A stretch of DNA of 64,000 nucleotides. Source: Prevotella sp. Lineage in GTDB: Bacteria; Bacteroidota; Bacteroidia; Bacteroidales; Bacteroidaceae. The position numbers were made by a program, and so were the translations under genes. The stretch is taken from the NCBI GenBank assembly GCA_017455845.1, contig JAFSYY010000119.1, positions 14,678 to 78,677 of the forward strand. Direction: 5' to 3'. Positions 10,315 to 20,764 of this stretch are shown here, in pieces. Numbering within the stretch: the stretch's first letter is position 1; every line of letters starts with the position of its first letter. The notes below the pieces were generated by a model. The model was not told the DNA's origin. It saw nothing but the letters and a program-made list of their open reading frames with translations, and ran no database searches.

Positions 10315-10399
10315 TGATTCATTGAGTCTACTTTAAAAAGTCCCTGTTACTGCCTGCAAACAAGCCTGTTTTGAACTGGCAAACAGCCTCCGTTGACTT

Positions 10400-11995
10400 T
10401 CAATTCTCTTGCAGCAGTTGCAGTGCTTTCTTCACGGCCTCGCTGTCGGTGTTGATAATCGAGAAATACTCGCTCATATCCCAGAGGTCGCGGGCCACAA
10501 GAGCCTTGAGTTGCAACTTCAGATAGGGTAGGGTGCGCTGCATCTCCTCGTCGTCCTTCGGCTTGATGTTCTGCTTCTCGCCCTCCTTGACGATGGCATC
10601 TACGAGCGTCTGCGGTATCTCATACTGCGCCTTGAAGGTGTCGAAGTCCTGATACGTCTTCTTCAGGGCCTTGCGGTTGTTGTCCACATAGCGCAGGTTC
10701 TGCTGTATGATGACGCTCTTGGCTGCCAGTTCACGGTGGTATTTCGTGTAGCGTGTGGTGTCGAGAGGAATGAAATAGTCGGGCATGATGCCGCCGCCGC
10801 CATATACGGTGCGATGCTTCTTCAGCGTCTCATACTTCAGCGAGTCGGCAAAGTGTATGCTGTCGACATTCGTCAGTTCGCCGCTGTTCAGGCGGTTCAG
10901 CAGGTCTTTGTCGTAACCCTTCTTGTCGCCTTTCTCGTAGGGCTTCTGGATGCAGCGGCCCGAAGGTGTGTAGTAATGGGCAATGGTGAGGCGGACCATC
11001 GAGCCGTCGGGCAGGTCGATAGGACGCTGGACGAGACCCTTGCCGAAGGTACGTCGGCCCACCACCATACCACGGTCGTGGTCCTGCACGGCACCGGTGA
11101 CAATCTCGGCAGCCGAGGCGGTGAACTGGTCCACGAGAACCACGATGCGGCCGTCGCGGAAGGTGCCGTTGCCATCGGCCCTGTAGTCGCGCCGCGAGGT
11201 GGTGCGGCCGTCGGTATAGACAATCAGGTCGCCCTGCTCCAGGAACTCATTGGCCAGTTCGGCAGCCGCCTGCAGATAGCCGCCGCCGTTTTCCTGCAGG
11301 TCGAGCACCAGGTCGGTCATGCCCTGTGCCTTGAGTTTCTGCATGCTCTCCAGGAACTCGGCGTGGGTGGTGGCGCTGAAACTGCCTATGCGTATATACC
11401 CTATGCCGGGCTGAAGCATATAGGTGGCATCGATAGAGTGTACGGGAATCTTGTCGCGCTTCACCTTGAAGGTCAGCAGGTCCTTGATACCCGGACGGAT
11501 GATGCGCAGGTCGGCAATGGTGCCCTTAGGCCCGCGCAGCCGGCGCATGATCTCCTCTTTCGACATCTTCACGCCGGCAATGGCCGTGTCGTTGACCATC
11601 ACGATGCGGTCGCCGGCCACGATGCCCACCTTCTCCGACGGGCCGTTGACCACGGGCTGTATGACCACGAGGGTGTCCTCCACCATGTTAAACTGCACGC
11701 CGATGCCCTCGAACGAGCCATTCAGCGGCTCGGTCATCGCCTTCGTCTCCTTGGGCGTGGTATAGGCGGAGTGAGGATCGAGTTTCTCCAGCATGCCGCG
11801 AATGGCATCCTCCACGAGTTTATGCTCGTCGACCTCGTCGACATAGAGTCCTTTGACGGCCATCGTGGCCATGTTCAGTTTTCTCAGTTCCTTTTCCAGG
11901 TTCTCTCGTTCCGGCCTGTCGGTCTGCGCCGTTGCCGTCTGTAGCATCACCATAGCCAGGGCCATGAGCATGCATATTCTCTTCTTCATATTCAT
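10400..11995 (-). CDS. S41 family C-terminal processing protease (PDZ)
   Basis: LDPHS, FEGIGV, DLQENGGG, TASAAEI, TFGKGLVQ. Confidence 0.95.
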   Translation of the reverse strand: MNMKKRICMLMALAMVMLQTATAQTDRPERENLEKELRKLNMATMAVKGLYVDEVDEHKLVEDAIRGMLEKLDPHSAYTTPKETKAMTEPLNGSFEGIGVQFNMVEDTLVVIQPVVNGPSEKVGIVAGDRIVMVNDTAIAGVKMSKEEIMRRLRGPKGTIADLRIIRPGIKDLLTFKVKRDKIPVHSIDATYMLQPGIGYIRIGSFSATTHAEFLESMQKLKAQGMTDLVLDLQENGGGYLQAAAELANEFLEQGDLIVYTDGRTTSRRDYRADGNGTFRDGRIVVLVDQFTASAAEIVTGAVQDHDRGMVVGRRTFGKGLVQRPIDLPDGSMVRLTIAHYYTPSGRCIQKPYEKGDKKGYDKDLLNRLNSGELTNVDSIHFADSLKYETLKKHRTVYGGGGIMPDYFIPLDTTRYTKYHRELAAKSVIIQQNLRYVDNNRKALKKTYQDFDTFKAQYEIPQTLVDAIVKEGEKQNIKPKDDEEMQRTLPYLKLQLKALVARDLWDMSEYFSIINTDSEAVKKALQLLQEN

Positions 11996-12104
11996 TCAAT
12001 TATCACAATTATGGCGCAAAGGTAGTAAAAAAAAACAAATTATTTGGATGATATATATTTTTTTTATATTTTTGCAACTTAAATCTGAAACTATATTTTA
12101 GACA

Positions 12105-13685
12105 ATGTTTATAACGACCATACATTTGACAAACAATAAAAATAGCCTGCGCACGGCAAGATGCACAGGCCTGATATTTGTTGCCATCTTGTTATTCAGC
12201 CCCGCAGGGCTGCTTCGGGCGCAGTCGCTCTATTACCAGAAGGCCGACGGCAAGAGCGGCAAGGAACTGAAGACCGCCCTTCATCAGATTATCAGGATGC
12301 CCGACGTGATAGACTACGACTCGCTGTGGCATGCCTACCAGATGACCGATGCCCGTCCCATGGGCGACAGCCTGATTATCTGGGACATGTATTCGGCCGT
12401 CTCGCGCTACAGTATCTACAGTAAACTGCACGGCAACGGCAAGGTGGAAGGCGAGAAAGGCTTCCAGCGCGAGCACTCCATGCCCAAGAGTTGGTTCAAC
12501 CCTACCGACCGCACCGCCAGCGGCACGCTGACCTACAAGGACATCAAGCCCATGTATTCGGACATTGTCCATGTGATACCCACCGACGGCACGGTGAACA
12601 ACAAGCGTTCGAACAATGCCTACGGTGAGGTGAGCGACTCGGCCAAGATGGAATGGATCTCGGCCGAAGGCTTCAGCAAGCAGAGCAAGAAAGGCGGCTG
12701 CACCACCCCGGGCTGGCAGGAATATCTGGGCGACGAGGCCAAGAAATCGCGTGTCTTCGAGCCCAACGATGAGTACAAGGGCGACCTGGCACGCATCTAT
12801 TTCTATATGGCCACGTGCTACGAGGACACCATAGACACCTGGACCAGTCCGATGCTCGACTCGCTGCGTACCGGCGGTTATCAGCCCTTCGCCCCGTGGG
12901 CTTTCGACATGCTGATGCGGTGGTCCAAGCAGGATCCTGTCAGTGAGAAGGAGATCAACCGCAACGAGGTGTGCTACAGGCTGCAGGGCAACCGCAACCC
13001 CTTCGTCGACTACCCCGGCCTGGAGGACTATATCTGGGGCGACAAGCAGGAGGAGCCCTTTGACTATGGCGGTGAGCCGATGGGCGAAGAGCCGATGGCC
13101 GCCGACTGTGAGATAGCCCTGAACAGCAGTGCCTTCGGCGTGGACTGGACGGCTACCGACAACCTGCGCGACTACTTCGAGCGCATACCCCTGACATATA
13201 GCCAGGACGGCGTCGACGTGACCTTCGCCTACGGCATCGAGGGCAGCCAGATGTATTGCGACGAGGGGCAGATACGCCTCTACAACAGGAACACACTGAC
13301 ATTCCTGGCCCACAAGAACGAGATGACCTGCATAGAGTTTGACGTGCCGGAGAAATCGGCCGACAAGGAACTCATACCCTCTGTCGGCGAGGTGGAGGGC
13401 AACACATGGACCGGCCAAGCCCGCGAGGTGCAGTTCACCTCGACCTATACCAGCGGCTACCCCGCAGCCCTCTACAGGAGCAAGCATATCCAGATTGCCG
13501 GCGTAAGAATCACGATGGCCGAGTCGTCGGGCATCGTCGCTACGCTAACGAATGGTGAAACAGTGAATAGTGCAATCTACGACCTCCAGGGCCGCCGTAT
13601 GAATAATTCTTCACTATTCACTCTTCACTCTTCACTTACCCCGGGCATCTACATCAGGAATGGCAAGAAAATCATCATCAGATAA
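12105..13685 (+). CDS. Endonuclease I family secreted nuclease 1 with C-terminal sorting domain
   Basis: REHSMPKSW, HVIPTDGTVNNKRSN, KGDLARIYFYM, GNRNPFVDYP; ends YDLQGRR...GIYIRNGKKIIIR. Start codon uncertain. Confidence 0.9.
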   Translation: MFITTIHLTNNKNSLRTARCTGLIFVAILLFSPAGLLRAQSLYYQKADGKSGKELKTALHQIIRMPDVIDYDSLWHAYQMTDARPMGDSLIIWDMYSAVSRYSIYSKLHGNGKVEGEKGFQREHSMPKSWFNPTDRTASGTLTYKDIKPMYSDIVHVIPTDGTVNNKRSNNAYGEVSDSAKMEWISAEGFSKQSKKGGCTTPGWQEYLGDEAKKSRVFEPNDEYKGDLARIYFYMATCYEDTIDTWTSPMLDSLRTGGYQPFAPWAFDMLMRWSKQDPVSEKEINRNEVCYRLQGNRNPFVDYPGLEDYIWGDKQEEPFDYGGEPMGEEPMAADCEIALNSSAFGVDWTATDNLRDYFERIPLTYSQDGVDVTFAYGIEGSQMYCDEGQIRLYNRNTLTFLAHKNEMTCIEFDVPEKSADKELIPSVGEVEGNTWTGQAREVQFTSTYTSGYPAALYRSKHIQIAGVRITMAESSGIVATLTNGETVNSAIYDLQGRRMNNSSLFTLHSSLTPGIYIRNGKKIIIR

Positions 13686-13729
13686 TTACATCTTTTATAT
13701 AAGAACCACGAATAAAACGAATTACTCGA

Positions 13730-15412
13730 ATGAAGACAAGACTATTACTGACATTCCTCGTGACCCTGTGTGCCGTCGGCATGCAGGCTCAGGGACCGAA
13801 TAACTCAGGTACTTATTATCGCAACGCCAACGGCAAGAGCGGCGAGGCACTGAAGACGGCTCTCTATGGCATCATCTCGAAGAAGACCCACTCGCCCAGT
13901 TACGACGAACTGATAACACTCTACGAGATCACCGACACCCGTGCCGACGGCTGTGTGCGCGACTGGTACTCTAACATCACTCACTTTACGCATGGCAAGG
14001 ACAAGGCCGGCAGTTACAAGAAGGAGGGCGATGTGTACAACCGCGAGCACAGTGTGCCGCAGAGTTGGGGTGCACCGAAGGCCGACATTGTGCATGTCGT
14101 ACCCACCGACGGCTACGTGAACAACCGCCGAGGCAACTACCCCTTCGGCGAGGTGGGCAACATCACCTACCAGTCGGCCAACGGCTACAGCAAACTGGGC
14201 TCTTGCAAGACGGCCGGCTACAGCGGCACCGTGTTCGAGCCCAACGACGAGGTGAAGGGCGACATCGCACGCATCTATTTCTATATGGCCACCTGCTACG
14301 AGGGCTCATGCCAGAACTGGGGCAACGATGTGTTCACTGGCACCAAGTATCAGCCCATGGCGCAGTGGGCCTTCGATATGATGGTACGCTGGTCGAAACT
14401 CGACCCCGTGGACGAGGTGGAGATAGCCCGCAACAATGCTGTGGCACGCACCGACGTGCAGGGCAACCGCAACCCCTTTGTTGACTATCCCGGCCTGGAG
14501 GACTATGTCTGGGGCGACAAGAAGAGCGAGGCCTTCAGTTACGACAACTACCAGGGAGGCGGTGGCGGCACGGTCGTCACCGAGCGTGTGGAGCAGCCGG
14601 TATTTTCGCCCGATGGCGGTACCTTTACCGACCGCGTCGAGGTGACCATCACCACTGCCACCGAGGGTGCCACCATCTACTATACCACCAACGGTGCCGA
14701 GGCATCCGTCAATAGCAAGGTATATGAGGACCCCATCACGCTGACCTCCAACACCACGCTGAAGGCCATCGCCGTGAAAGAGGGCATGAGCACCAGTTAC
14801 CAGACCACGGCCAACTTTGTCATCACCAGCAGCGGCGGCACATCGGAACCCACCGATGTCGTTGACATCGCCCTGAACAACAGTCTCTTCGGCACCGCTT
14901 GCGACGGCTCGCTCTCTGGTGGCGACCTCAAGGCCTATACAGGCACGAAGAATGGCATCACCGTGACCTACGACAAAGGAACGGGCAGCAATATGTATCT
15001 CAACGATGCCCAGTTGCGCGTCTATCCGGGCAACACCCTGACCATCAGCACCGCCAATGGCACACTCTCGGAAGTGGAGTTCACCATCGTGCTCAACAAG
15101 AACGGCAAGACCATCGAGGCTACCACGGGCACCGTGGCCGACGGCATCTGGACGGGCAATGCCCAGAGCGTCACCTTCAATGTGAACAGCGGCAGCGGAC
15201 ACATCCAACTCTCGCAGGCCAAGGTGAAATGCACCTCATCCTCGGGCGTAAGCGCTTTGCTAATGAATAATGAAGAAAGAATAGTGAATATCTACGACCT
15301 GCAGGGCCGCAGGATTTCCAGTGCGGAAGCAAATTTTTCACTCTTCACTCTTCACTCTTCACTTATTAAAAGGGGTCTCTACATTGTTAACGGCAAAAAA
15401 GTAATCAAGTAA
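13730..15412 (+). CDS. Endonuclease I family secreted nuclease 2 with chitobiase/Fn3-associated domain and sorting domain
   Basis: NREHSVPQSW, KGDIARIYFYM, GNRNPFVDYP; PVFSPDGG...ATIYYTTNG; YDLQGRR...GLYIVNGKKVIK. Confidence 0.9.
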   Translation: MKTRLLLTFLVTLCAVGMQAQGPNNSGTYYRNANGKSGEALKTALYGIISKKTHSPSYDELITLYEITDTRADGCVRDWYSNITHFTHGKDKAGSYKKEGDVYNREHSVPQSWGAPKADIVHVVPTDGYVNNRRGNYPFGEVGNITYQSANGYSKLGSCKTAGYSGTVFEPNDEVKGDIARIYFYMATCYEGSCQNWGNDVFTGTKYQPMAQWAFDMMVRWSKLDPVDEVEIARNNAVARTDVQGNRNPFVDYPGLEDYVWGDKKSEAFSYDNYQGGGGGTVVTERVEQPVFSPDGGTFTDRVEVTITTATEGATIYYTTNGAEASVNSKVYEDPITLTSNTTLKAIAVKEGMSTSYQTTANFVITSSGGTSEPTDVVDIALNNSLFGTACDGSLSGGDLKAYTGTKNGITVTYDKGTGSNMYLNDAQLRVYPGNTLTISTANGTLSEVEFTIVLNKNGKTIEATTGTVADGIWTGNAQSVTFNVNSGSGHIQLSQAKVKCTSSSGVSALLMNNEERIVNIYDLQGRRISSAEANFSLFTLHSSLIKRGLYIVNGKKVIK

Positions 15413-16489
15413 ATGAAACGGCATCCAGGTTTATTCTTTATTATTTGTTATCTTTTATTTAGCCCCGCAGCGTCGCTCTGGGCACAGGGTCCTAACGGCA
15501 GTGCCAAATACTACAGTGCGGCCGACGGCAAGTGTGGCGCAGAACTGAAGACGGCACTCTGCAGCATCATCAGCACAGGCACTGTCAAGCGTACCTATGC
15601 TCAGTTGTGGAACGACTTCAAGAAGACCGACAAGCGGGCCGACGGCAAGGTGTGGGATATGTACAGCAATGCCACCAACTTCACCTTCGGCACCGACCAG
15701 GACAAAGGCAGCCACCCGGAGGAGGGCTATTCGTACAACCGCGAGCATTCCTTCCCCAACAGTTGGTGGGGCGGCACGGATGATGAGGCGCAATATACCG
15801 ACCTGTTCCATCTCTATCCCACCGATGCCTTTGTCAACGAGAAACGCTCGAACTATCCCTTCGGCGAGACCAAGGGCAACAAATACAAATCCAACGACGG
15901 GTTCTCAAAACTGGGCACCTGCACCACTGCCGGTTATACAGGGGTCGTCTTTGAACCTAACGACGAGTATAAGGGCGACTTCGCACGCACCTATTTCTAT
16001 ATGGTCACGCGCTATGAGGAGCAAATCACCTTGTGGAAGGGTGCCAGCCATACCCTCGACGGCAATAAATACCCCGGACTGAAGAAATGGCAACTGGACA
16101 TGCTGTTGCGCTGGGCGGAACAAGACCCCGTGAGCGAAAAGGAGATAAACCGCAACAAGGCCGTCTATGGCATCCAGAAAAACCGCAACCCCTTTATCGA
16201 CTATCCCGGGCTGGAGCGCTTTATATGGGGCGACAAGACTGACGTGCCCTTCGACTATACCGGACTGCGCTTCTTCATGGCCGGCGACATCAACGACGAC
16301 GGCCTGGTGGATGTGAGCGACTATATCGGCGTGGCCAACTATATCCTCGGACAAACGCAGGAAGGCTTCAACGAGCAGGCTGCCGACGTGAACAACGACG
16401 GCAACATCGACGTGAGCGACTATATCGGCATCGCTAACATCATCCTCACCGGTTCTATCTACGGCAACAGCACCTCGAACCCTGAATAG
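15413..16489 (+). CDS. Endonuclease I family secreted nuclease 3 with C-terminal dockerin-like duplicated EF-hand
   Basis: NREHSFPNSW, KGDFARTYFYM, NRNPFIDYP; GDINDDGLVDVSDY ... ADVNNDGNIDVSDY. Confidence 0.9.
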   Translation: MKRHPGLFFIICYLLFSPAASLWAQGPNGSAKYYSAADGKCGAELKTALCSIISTGTVKRTYAQLWNDFKKTDKRADGKVWDMYSNATNFTFGTDQDKGSHPEEGYSYNREHSFPNSWWGGTDDEAQYTDLFHLYPTDAFVNEKRSNYPFGETKGNKYKSNDGFSKLGTCTTAGYTGVVFEPNDEYKGDFARTYFYMVTRYEEQITLWKGASHTLDGNKYPGLKKWQLDMLLRWAEQDPVSEKEINRNKAVYGIQKNRNPFIDYPGLERFIWGDKTDVPFDYTGLRFFMAGDINDDGLVDVSDYIGVANYILGQTQEGFNEQAADVNNDGNIDVSDYIGIANIILTGSIYGNSTSNPE

Positions 16490-16963
16490 CATACCACTCA
16501 CCCCTTACCTATGCTGAATGAGGCCACAAGACTCTTTGCGCTGGCGCACGCCGATGACGACGTGCGCCAACTTGCGTTACGAGGATGCAACGACAGCGAT
16601 GTAGACCTCCCCCTGGCCCTGCAGCAGATACAAGGGCGGCAGACAGCACGCCGCAAACTGCCGTCGTGGGCCGCCCTCGACGGCATCCTCTATCCGCCCC
16701 ATCTCAACATGGAGCAATGCTCCAGCGAACAGACCGCCCGCTACAAGGCCGCCGTCTGCCGCCGCCTGCTGTCTGCATCCTCCCTTCTCTTCGACCTCAC
16801 CGGCGGCTTTGGCGTGGATTTTGCCTTCATGAGCGAGGCTTTCGACCAGGCCGTCTACGTTGAGCGCGACCCTGCCCTCTTCGCCATCGCCTCTGCCAAC
16901 ATGCGCCTGCTGGCACCCCATGCCCGCTGCATCAACGACGACGCCCTCGCCGTCCTCTCGTCT

Positions 16964-17026
16964 ATCCTCGCACCTCCTACCTCGCACCTCGCACCTCATT
17001 TCTCATTCCTCATTCCTCATTTCTCA
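16964..17026 (+). repeat. 7-bp array (CACCTCG grading into TTCCTCA) at the frameshift
   Basis: atcctcg cacctcc tacctcg cacctcg cacctca tttctca ttcctca ttcctca tttctca. Confidence 0.9.
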
Positions 17027-17343
17027 TTTATCTCGACCCCGCCCGCCGCGATGCCCATGGCGACCGCACCTACGGCATTGCCGACTGCACACCCAACGTC
17101 TTGGCCATCAAAGATGAACTCCTTGCAAAAGCCGACTACGTCATGCTGAAACTCTCGCCGATGCTCGACTGGCGCAAGGCCGTGAACGACCTCGGCAAGC
17201 AGCATGTCACCGAGGTGCACATCATCTCCGTACATAATGAATGTAAGGAACTGCTCATCGTCATGCGCCAGCAGATGGATGACACCCAAACACAGGCGGC
17301 ATCCGAACTCCCCCACCTATACTGCGTCAACGACGACGAGATC

Positions 17344-17449
17344 TTTACAGTTCACAATTCACAATTCACAGTTCATAATTCACAATTCTCAATTCATAAT
17401 TTTCCCCCCTCCCCTCTGCCACCACTCCCGACGGTTTTCCGTCGGGTCC
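17344..17449 (+). repeat. In-frame 7-bp array (TTCACAA) followed by a CCCGACGG-TTTT-CCGTCGGG palindrome
   Basis: Encodes FTVHNSQFTVHNSQFSIHNF...PPLPTVFRRVLPP. Confidence 0.9.
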
Positions 17450-17822
17450 TCCCTCCTCCCTCCTCCTATCTCTACGAGCCCAACGCCTCCATCATGAAGG
17501 CCGGTTGCTTCGCGGCTGTAGAGCAAGCCTTCGGCGTGCGGCAGTTGGCACCCAACAGCCACCTCTTCGTCTCTGAAGAAAGGGTAGAACAGTTCCCCGG
17601 CCGCGCCTTCCAAGTCACTGCCGTCACATCGATGAACAAAAAAGAACTGAAGACCGCGCTGCAAGGCATCACCCAGGCCAACCTGACCGTGCGCAGCTTC
17701 CCCCTGTCGGTAGCGGAACTACGAAAGAAACTCAGACTCACCGATGGTGGCGACACCTACATCTTTGCCACCACGCTGTCCGATGGTAAAAAAGTCCTGA
17801 TAATATGTAATCCCGCGCCCCG

Positions 17823-18704
17823 CTAAAACGCTGTCACATCATCGTCATCCTCTTCCACCTTATAATATTTATGCAGGAGGTTGACGCTTGACACTATCGC
17901 ATAGTAACCGTTGACGAAGAGGCCTTTCTCCTTGAGGTTCACCACATCGTCGGCCGTGAGCACTATTCTGTAGATAGACGTTTTCTCACTGACGCTGGCA
18001 CAGCCCCATTCATTCAGTTCGTTGCTGTTGCCCTGCAGCGTTGTGTCCGTACCATTGTATATGGTCTTAAACAGCCAGTAGGTTATGCCGGGACTTTTGT
18101 CTGTGGTATAGACAAACTCTATCTTGTCGCCCTCGTAGGCCGACTCAAAGACTTTGGCAGGCACCACAAAGCCATTGACCCAGTTGCCGAAGGCACAGGT
18201 GCCCTTCCACACGTTTTCCGGCTCCCAGACGGTGGCATCGCCGGGCGTGAGGCGTACGCTCTCCACGGCGATGTCGCACGTATCGCATGCCTGGAGCACA
18301 ATCATGTCGACAGATGTCACGTTCTGCCCGTCAAAATGACAGGTCAGCGAGGTGGCACCTGCCTTGCCTACCGTTTTAAACCTGTTGGCCACCCACACCT
18401 GTATGGCTTTTGGTACGGGCTTGGCAAACTGGAAGGTGATGGACTCGTAAGCCGACAAGTCCACAGGCATATTGTTTTTCAGGAACGAGCCCACGAGACC
18501 GCCATACGACTGTGCCTTGTAGTGGATGATGCCGTCATCGTCCTGTTTACACTGTTCGTTAATGTTCCACGTGCTGTTAAACTTGTCGGTGACATCGTTG
18601 GGGTCTTTCGGCGTATTGTCGAAGCCGCACGAGCACAGCAAGACGGATGCCACGAGAAACGGAACATAAACAAACCTCATCATATCTTTCATTCTCTTCA
18701 TCAT
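17823..18704 (-). CDS. Putative lipoprotein with carbohydrate-binding-like domains
   Basis: Lipobox-like LLCSC after a hydrophobic stretch. The domain call is only a guess from composition. Confidence 0.65.
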   Translation of the reverse strand: MMKRMKDMMRFVYVPFLVASVLLCSCGFDNTPKDPNDVTDKFNSTWNINEQCKQDDDGIIHYKAQSYGGLVGSFLKNNMPVDLSAYESITFQFAKPVPKAIQVWVANRFKTVGKAGATSLTCHFDGQNVTSVDMIVLQACDTCDIAVESVRLTPGDATVWEPENVWKGTCAFGNWVNGFVVPAKVFESAYEGDKIEFVYTTDKSPGITYWLFKTIYNGTDTTLQGNSNELNEWGCASVSEKTSIYRIVLTADDVVNLKEKGLFVNGYYAIVSSVNLLHKYYKVEEDDDDVTAF

Positions 18705-18734
18705 TTTTTTATTTTTCCCTTCTTACTTCTGCCA

Positions 18735-20078
18735 CTACCCCCGACGGTTCTCCGTCGGGTCCACCGGGTTGTTTTCAGCAAATATTGCCATGCGTTCGTC
18801 GAGTTGCTGGTACTGATGGTCCTCGATAAACGAGGTGCACACGCGCAACCCCTCCTGATGGGAGCCGGTGGTGATGAGGCAGATGGCCGACACGCCGTAG
18901 TACATCAGTTCGCGGGCCAACTCCCCACTGGTCATGCCCGGATAGCCGATGGTGAAGTAGAAGCCGTCGGCGATAGGCTTGTCCAGGTCTTTATCGTAGA
19001 CAATATAGAAATGATGACGACAGAAAATCTCTTTCAGCCTATGGGCACGCTCACCATAGACCTTCACCTCAGAACGGAAGTCATACTCGCCGTCGCAGGC
19101 GGCACGGAGCATCGCTGCCATGGCATACTGGGCGGAGTGGCTGGTGCCCGACGACAGGGCGTAGAGCATACGCGTAGAGAAGACCAGACCGAAGGGCAGG
19201 CCCTCGTAGCGGGCGGCCAGGTCGGGGAAATGACGGTGGAACAGGTTGTCGCTGATACACACCACGCCGATGCGCTCGCCGGCATAACTGAAGGCTTTCG
19301 AGCCGCTGATGAGCAGCATGTAGTTGTCGGTATAGCGGGCCACCGTGGGCTGATAGGGCGGCTGGAAAGGCACGCTCAGGTCCTGGCGGAAGTCCATGGC
19401 GAAATAGGCCAGGTCCTCCATCACGATGGCATCGTATTTGGTGGCCAGCGTGCCGATGGTCTGCAACTCCTCTTCCGTCAGGCATACCCACGACGGGTTG
19501 TTGGGGTTGGAATAGACGATGGCACAGATATGACCCTTTGAGAGATACGACTCCACCTTCGGACCCAGTTTGTCACCACGGTAGTCATACACGTCGAAGG
19601 TCTCGTATCTCACACCCTGCACCTGCAACTGCATCTTCTGCACGGGAAAGCCCGGGTCTATGAAGAGCACGGTGTCCTTCTCCCTGCTGGCCTGCGAGCA
19701 AGTGAGAAACGAGGCGAAGGTGCCCTGCATGGAGCCGCACACGGGCACGCAGCCCTCTGGCTGGATGTCGACACCGATGAACGCCTTGACGAAGCGCGAG
19801 GCCTGACGCTTGAGTTCCGGATAGCCCTGGATGTCGGGATAGGAATGGGCGATGCCGTCGTGCAGGGCCTTCACCTGCGCCTCCACGCCCACCTGAGCGG
19901 CCGGCAGACCGGGTATGCCCATCTCCATCTTGATATACTCTACGCCGCTCTCTTTCTCGGCCATGGCAGCCACCTGCTTCACTTCGCGTATGGTGGCCTT
20001 GGCAAAGTCCTGTATGCCCAGGCCGCTGACGAGCCTGTCAACAATTTCCTTCTTAATTGGTGTCGGTTTCATTTGCAT
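18735..20078 (-). CDS. PLP-dependent aminotransferase class I/II
   Basis: YSNPNNP, EDLAY, SGSKAFSYAGERIG. Confidence 0.9.
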   Translation of the reverse strand: MQMKPTPIKKEIVDRLVSGLGIQDFAKATIREVKQVAAMAEKESGVEYIKMEMGIPGLPAAQVGVEAQVKALHDGIAHSYPDIQGYPELKRQASRFVKAFIGVDIQPEGCVPVCGSMQGTFASFLTCSQASREKDTVLFIDPGFPVQKMQLQVQGVRYETFDVYDYRGDKLGPKVESYLSKGHICAIVYSNPNNPSWVCLTEEELQTIGTLATKYDAIVMEDLAYFAMDFRQDLSVPFQPPYQPTVARYTDNYMLLISGSKAFSYAGERIGVVCISDNLFHRHFPDLAARYEGLPFGLVFSTRMLYALSSGTSHSAQYAMAAMLRAACDGEYDFRSEVKVYGERAHRLKEIFCRHHFYIVYDKDLDKPIADGFYFTIGYPGMTSGELARELMYYGVSAICLITTGSHQEGLRVCTSFIEDHQYQQLDERMAIFAENNPVDPTENRRG

Positions 20079-20194
20079 TTTATAATTTTATTTGCAAAGG
20101 TACTAAAAAAGACTGAAAGACAGCAGAAAAGAATGGAAAAATTTGGATTTTCACGCTCTTCTTTGTAATTTTGCAGGCGTAAAGAATAGAAAAA

Positions 20195-20764
20195 ATGAAA
20201 AAACCAACGAGAATGAAACGACTGTTTTTACTGATAATTGCTTGCCTGGCCTTGACCACACAGGCACAGACAGAACCGTCAGCAACCCCACAGGCAGAGA
20301 CGCAGCAAGCCCTGCTGCGCTTTGGCTACCTGAGTTACGACTCGGCACTCGCCGCCATGCCCGACTATGTGCTGGTGAAGCAGCAACTGGCCGACCTGCG
20401 ACAGGCTTACGACGCAGAGATGAAACGCGTGGAGGAGGAGTTCAACCGTAAGTATGAGGACTTCCTCGAAGGGCAGAAGGACTTCCCGCGCACCATCCTC
20501 CTGAAGCGTCAGACCGAACTACAGGAGATGCTGCAGCGCAACCTCCAGTTTAAGCATGAGGGACTGAGGGAGTTGGAGCAGTGCGAGCGTGAGATGATAG
20601 CACCCCTGCGCTCCCAACTCAACGAGGCCATCGCCAAGGTGGCACGCGAGAAAAAACTGGCACTGGTCATCAACACCGATGCCAACGCCTGTCCGTTTAT
20701 CGAGCCCTCGATGGGTGAGGATGTGACAGCAGCCGTGATGCAAGAGGTGAGAAGTGAGAAGTGA
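20195..20764 (+). CDS. OmpH/Skp periplasmic chaperone
   Basis: [11 protein letters not shown]...MPDY, coiled coil, AIAKVAREK...DVTAAV; upstream of murI as usual in Bacteroidales. Confidence 0.85.
   Translation: MKKPTRMKRLFLLIIACLALTTQAQTEPSATPQAETQQALLRFGYLSYDSALAAMPDYVLVKQQLADLRQAYDAEMKRVEEEFNRKYEDFLEGQKDFPRTILLKRQTELQEMLQRNLQFKHEGLRELEQCEREMIAPLRSQLNEAIAKVAREKKLALVINTDANACPFIEPSMGEDVTAAVMQEVRSEK

Larger units (their letters stand above)
16511..17826 (+). pseudogene. SAM-dependent methyltransferase with THUMP-like C-terminus, frameshifted in a 7-bp array
   Basis: N-terminal part has EQCSSE and DLTGGFGVD. The conserved YLDPARRD...DCTPNV...LKLSPMLD continues in another frame straight after the array at 16964-17026. 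Confidence 0.85.

Noticed and set aside
10335-10398. Weak ~22-bp periodic GCAAACA repeats between convergent genes
   Set aside because: Only two to three degenerate units and no second copy in the window.
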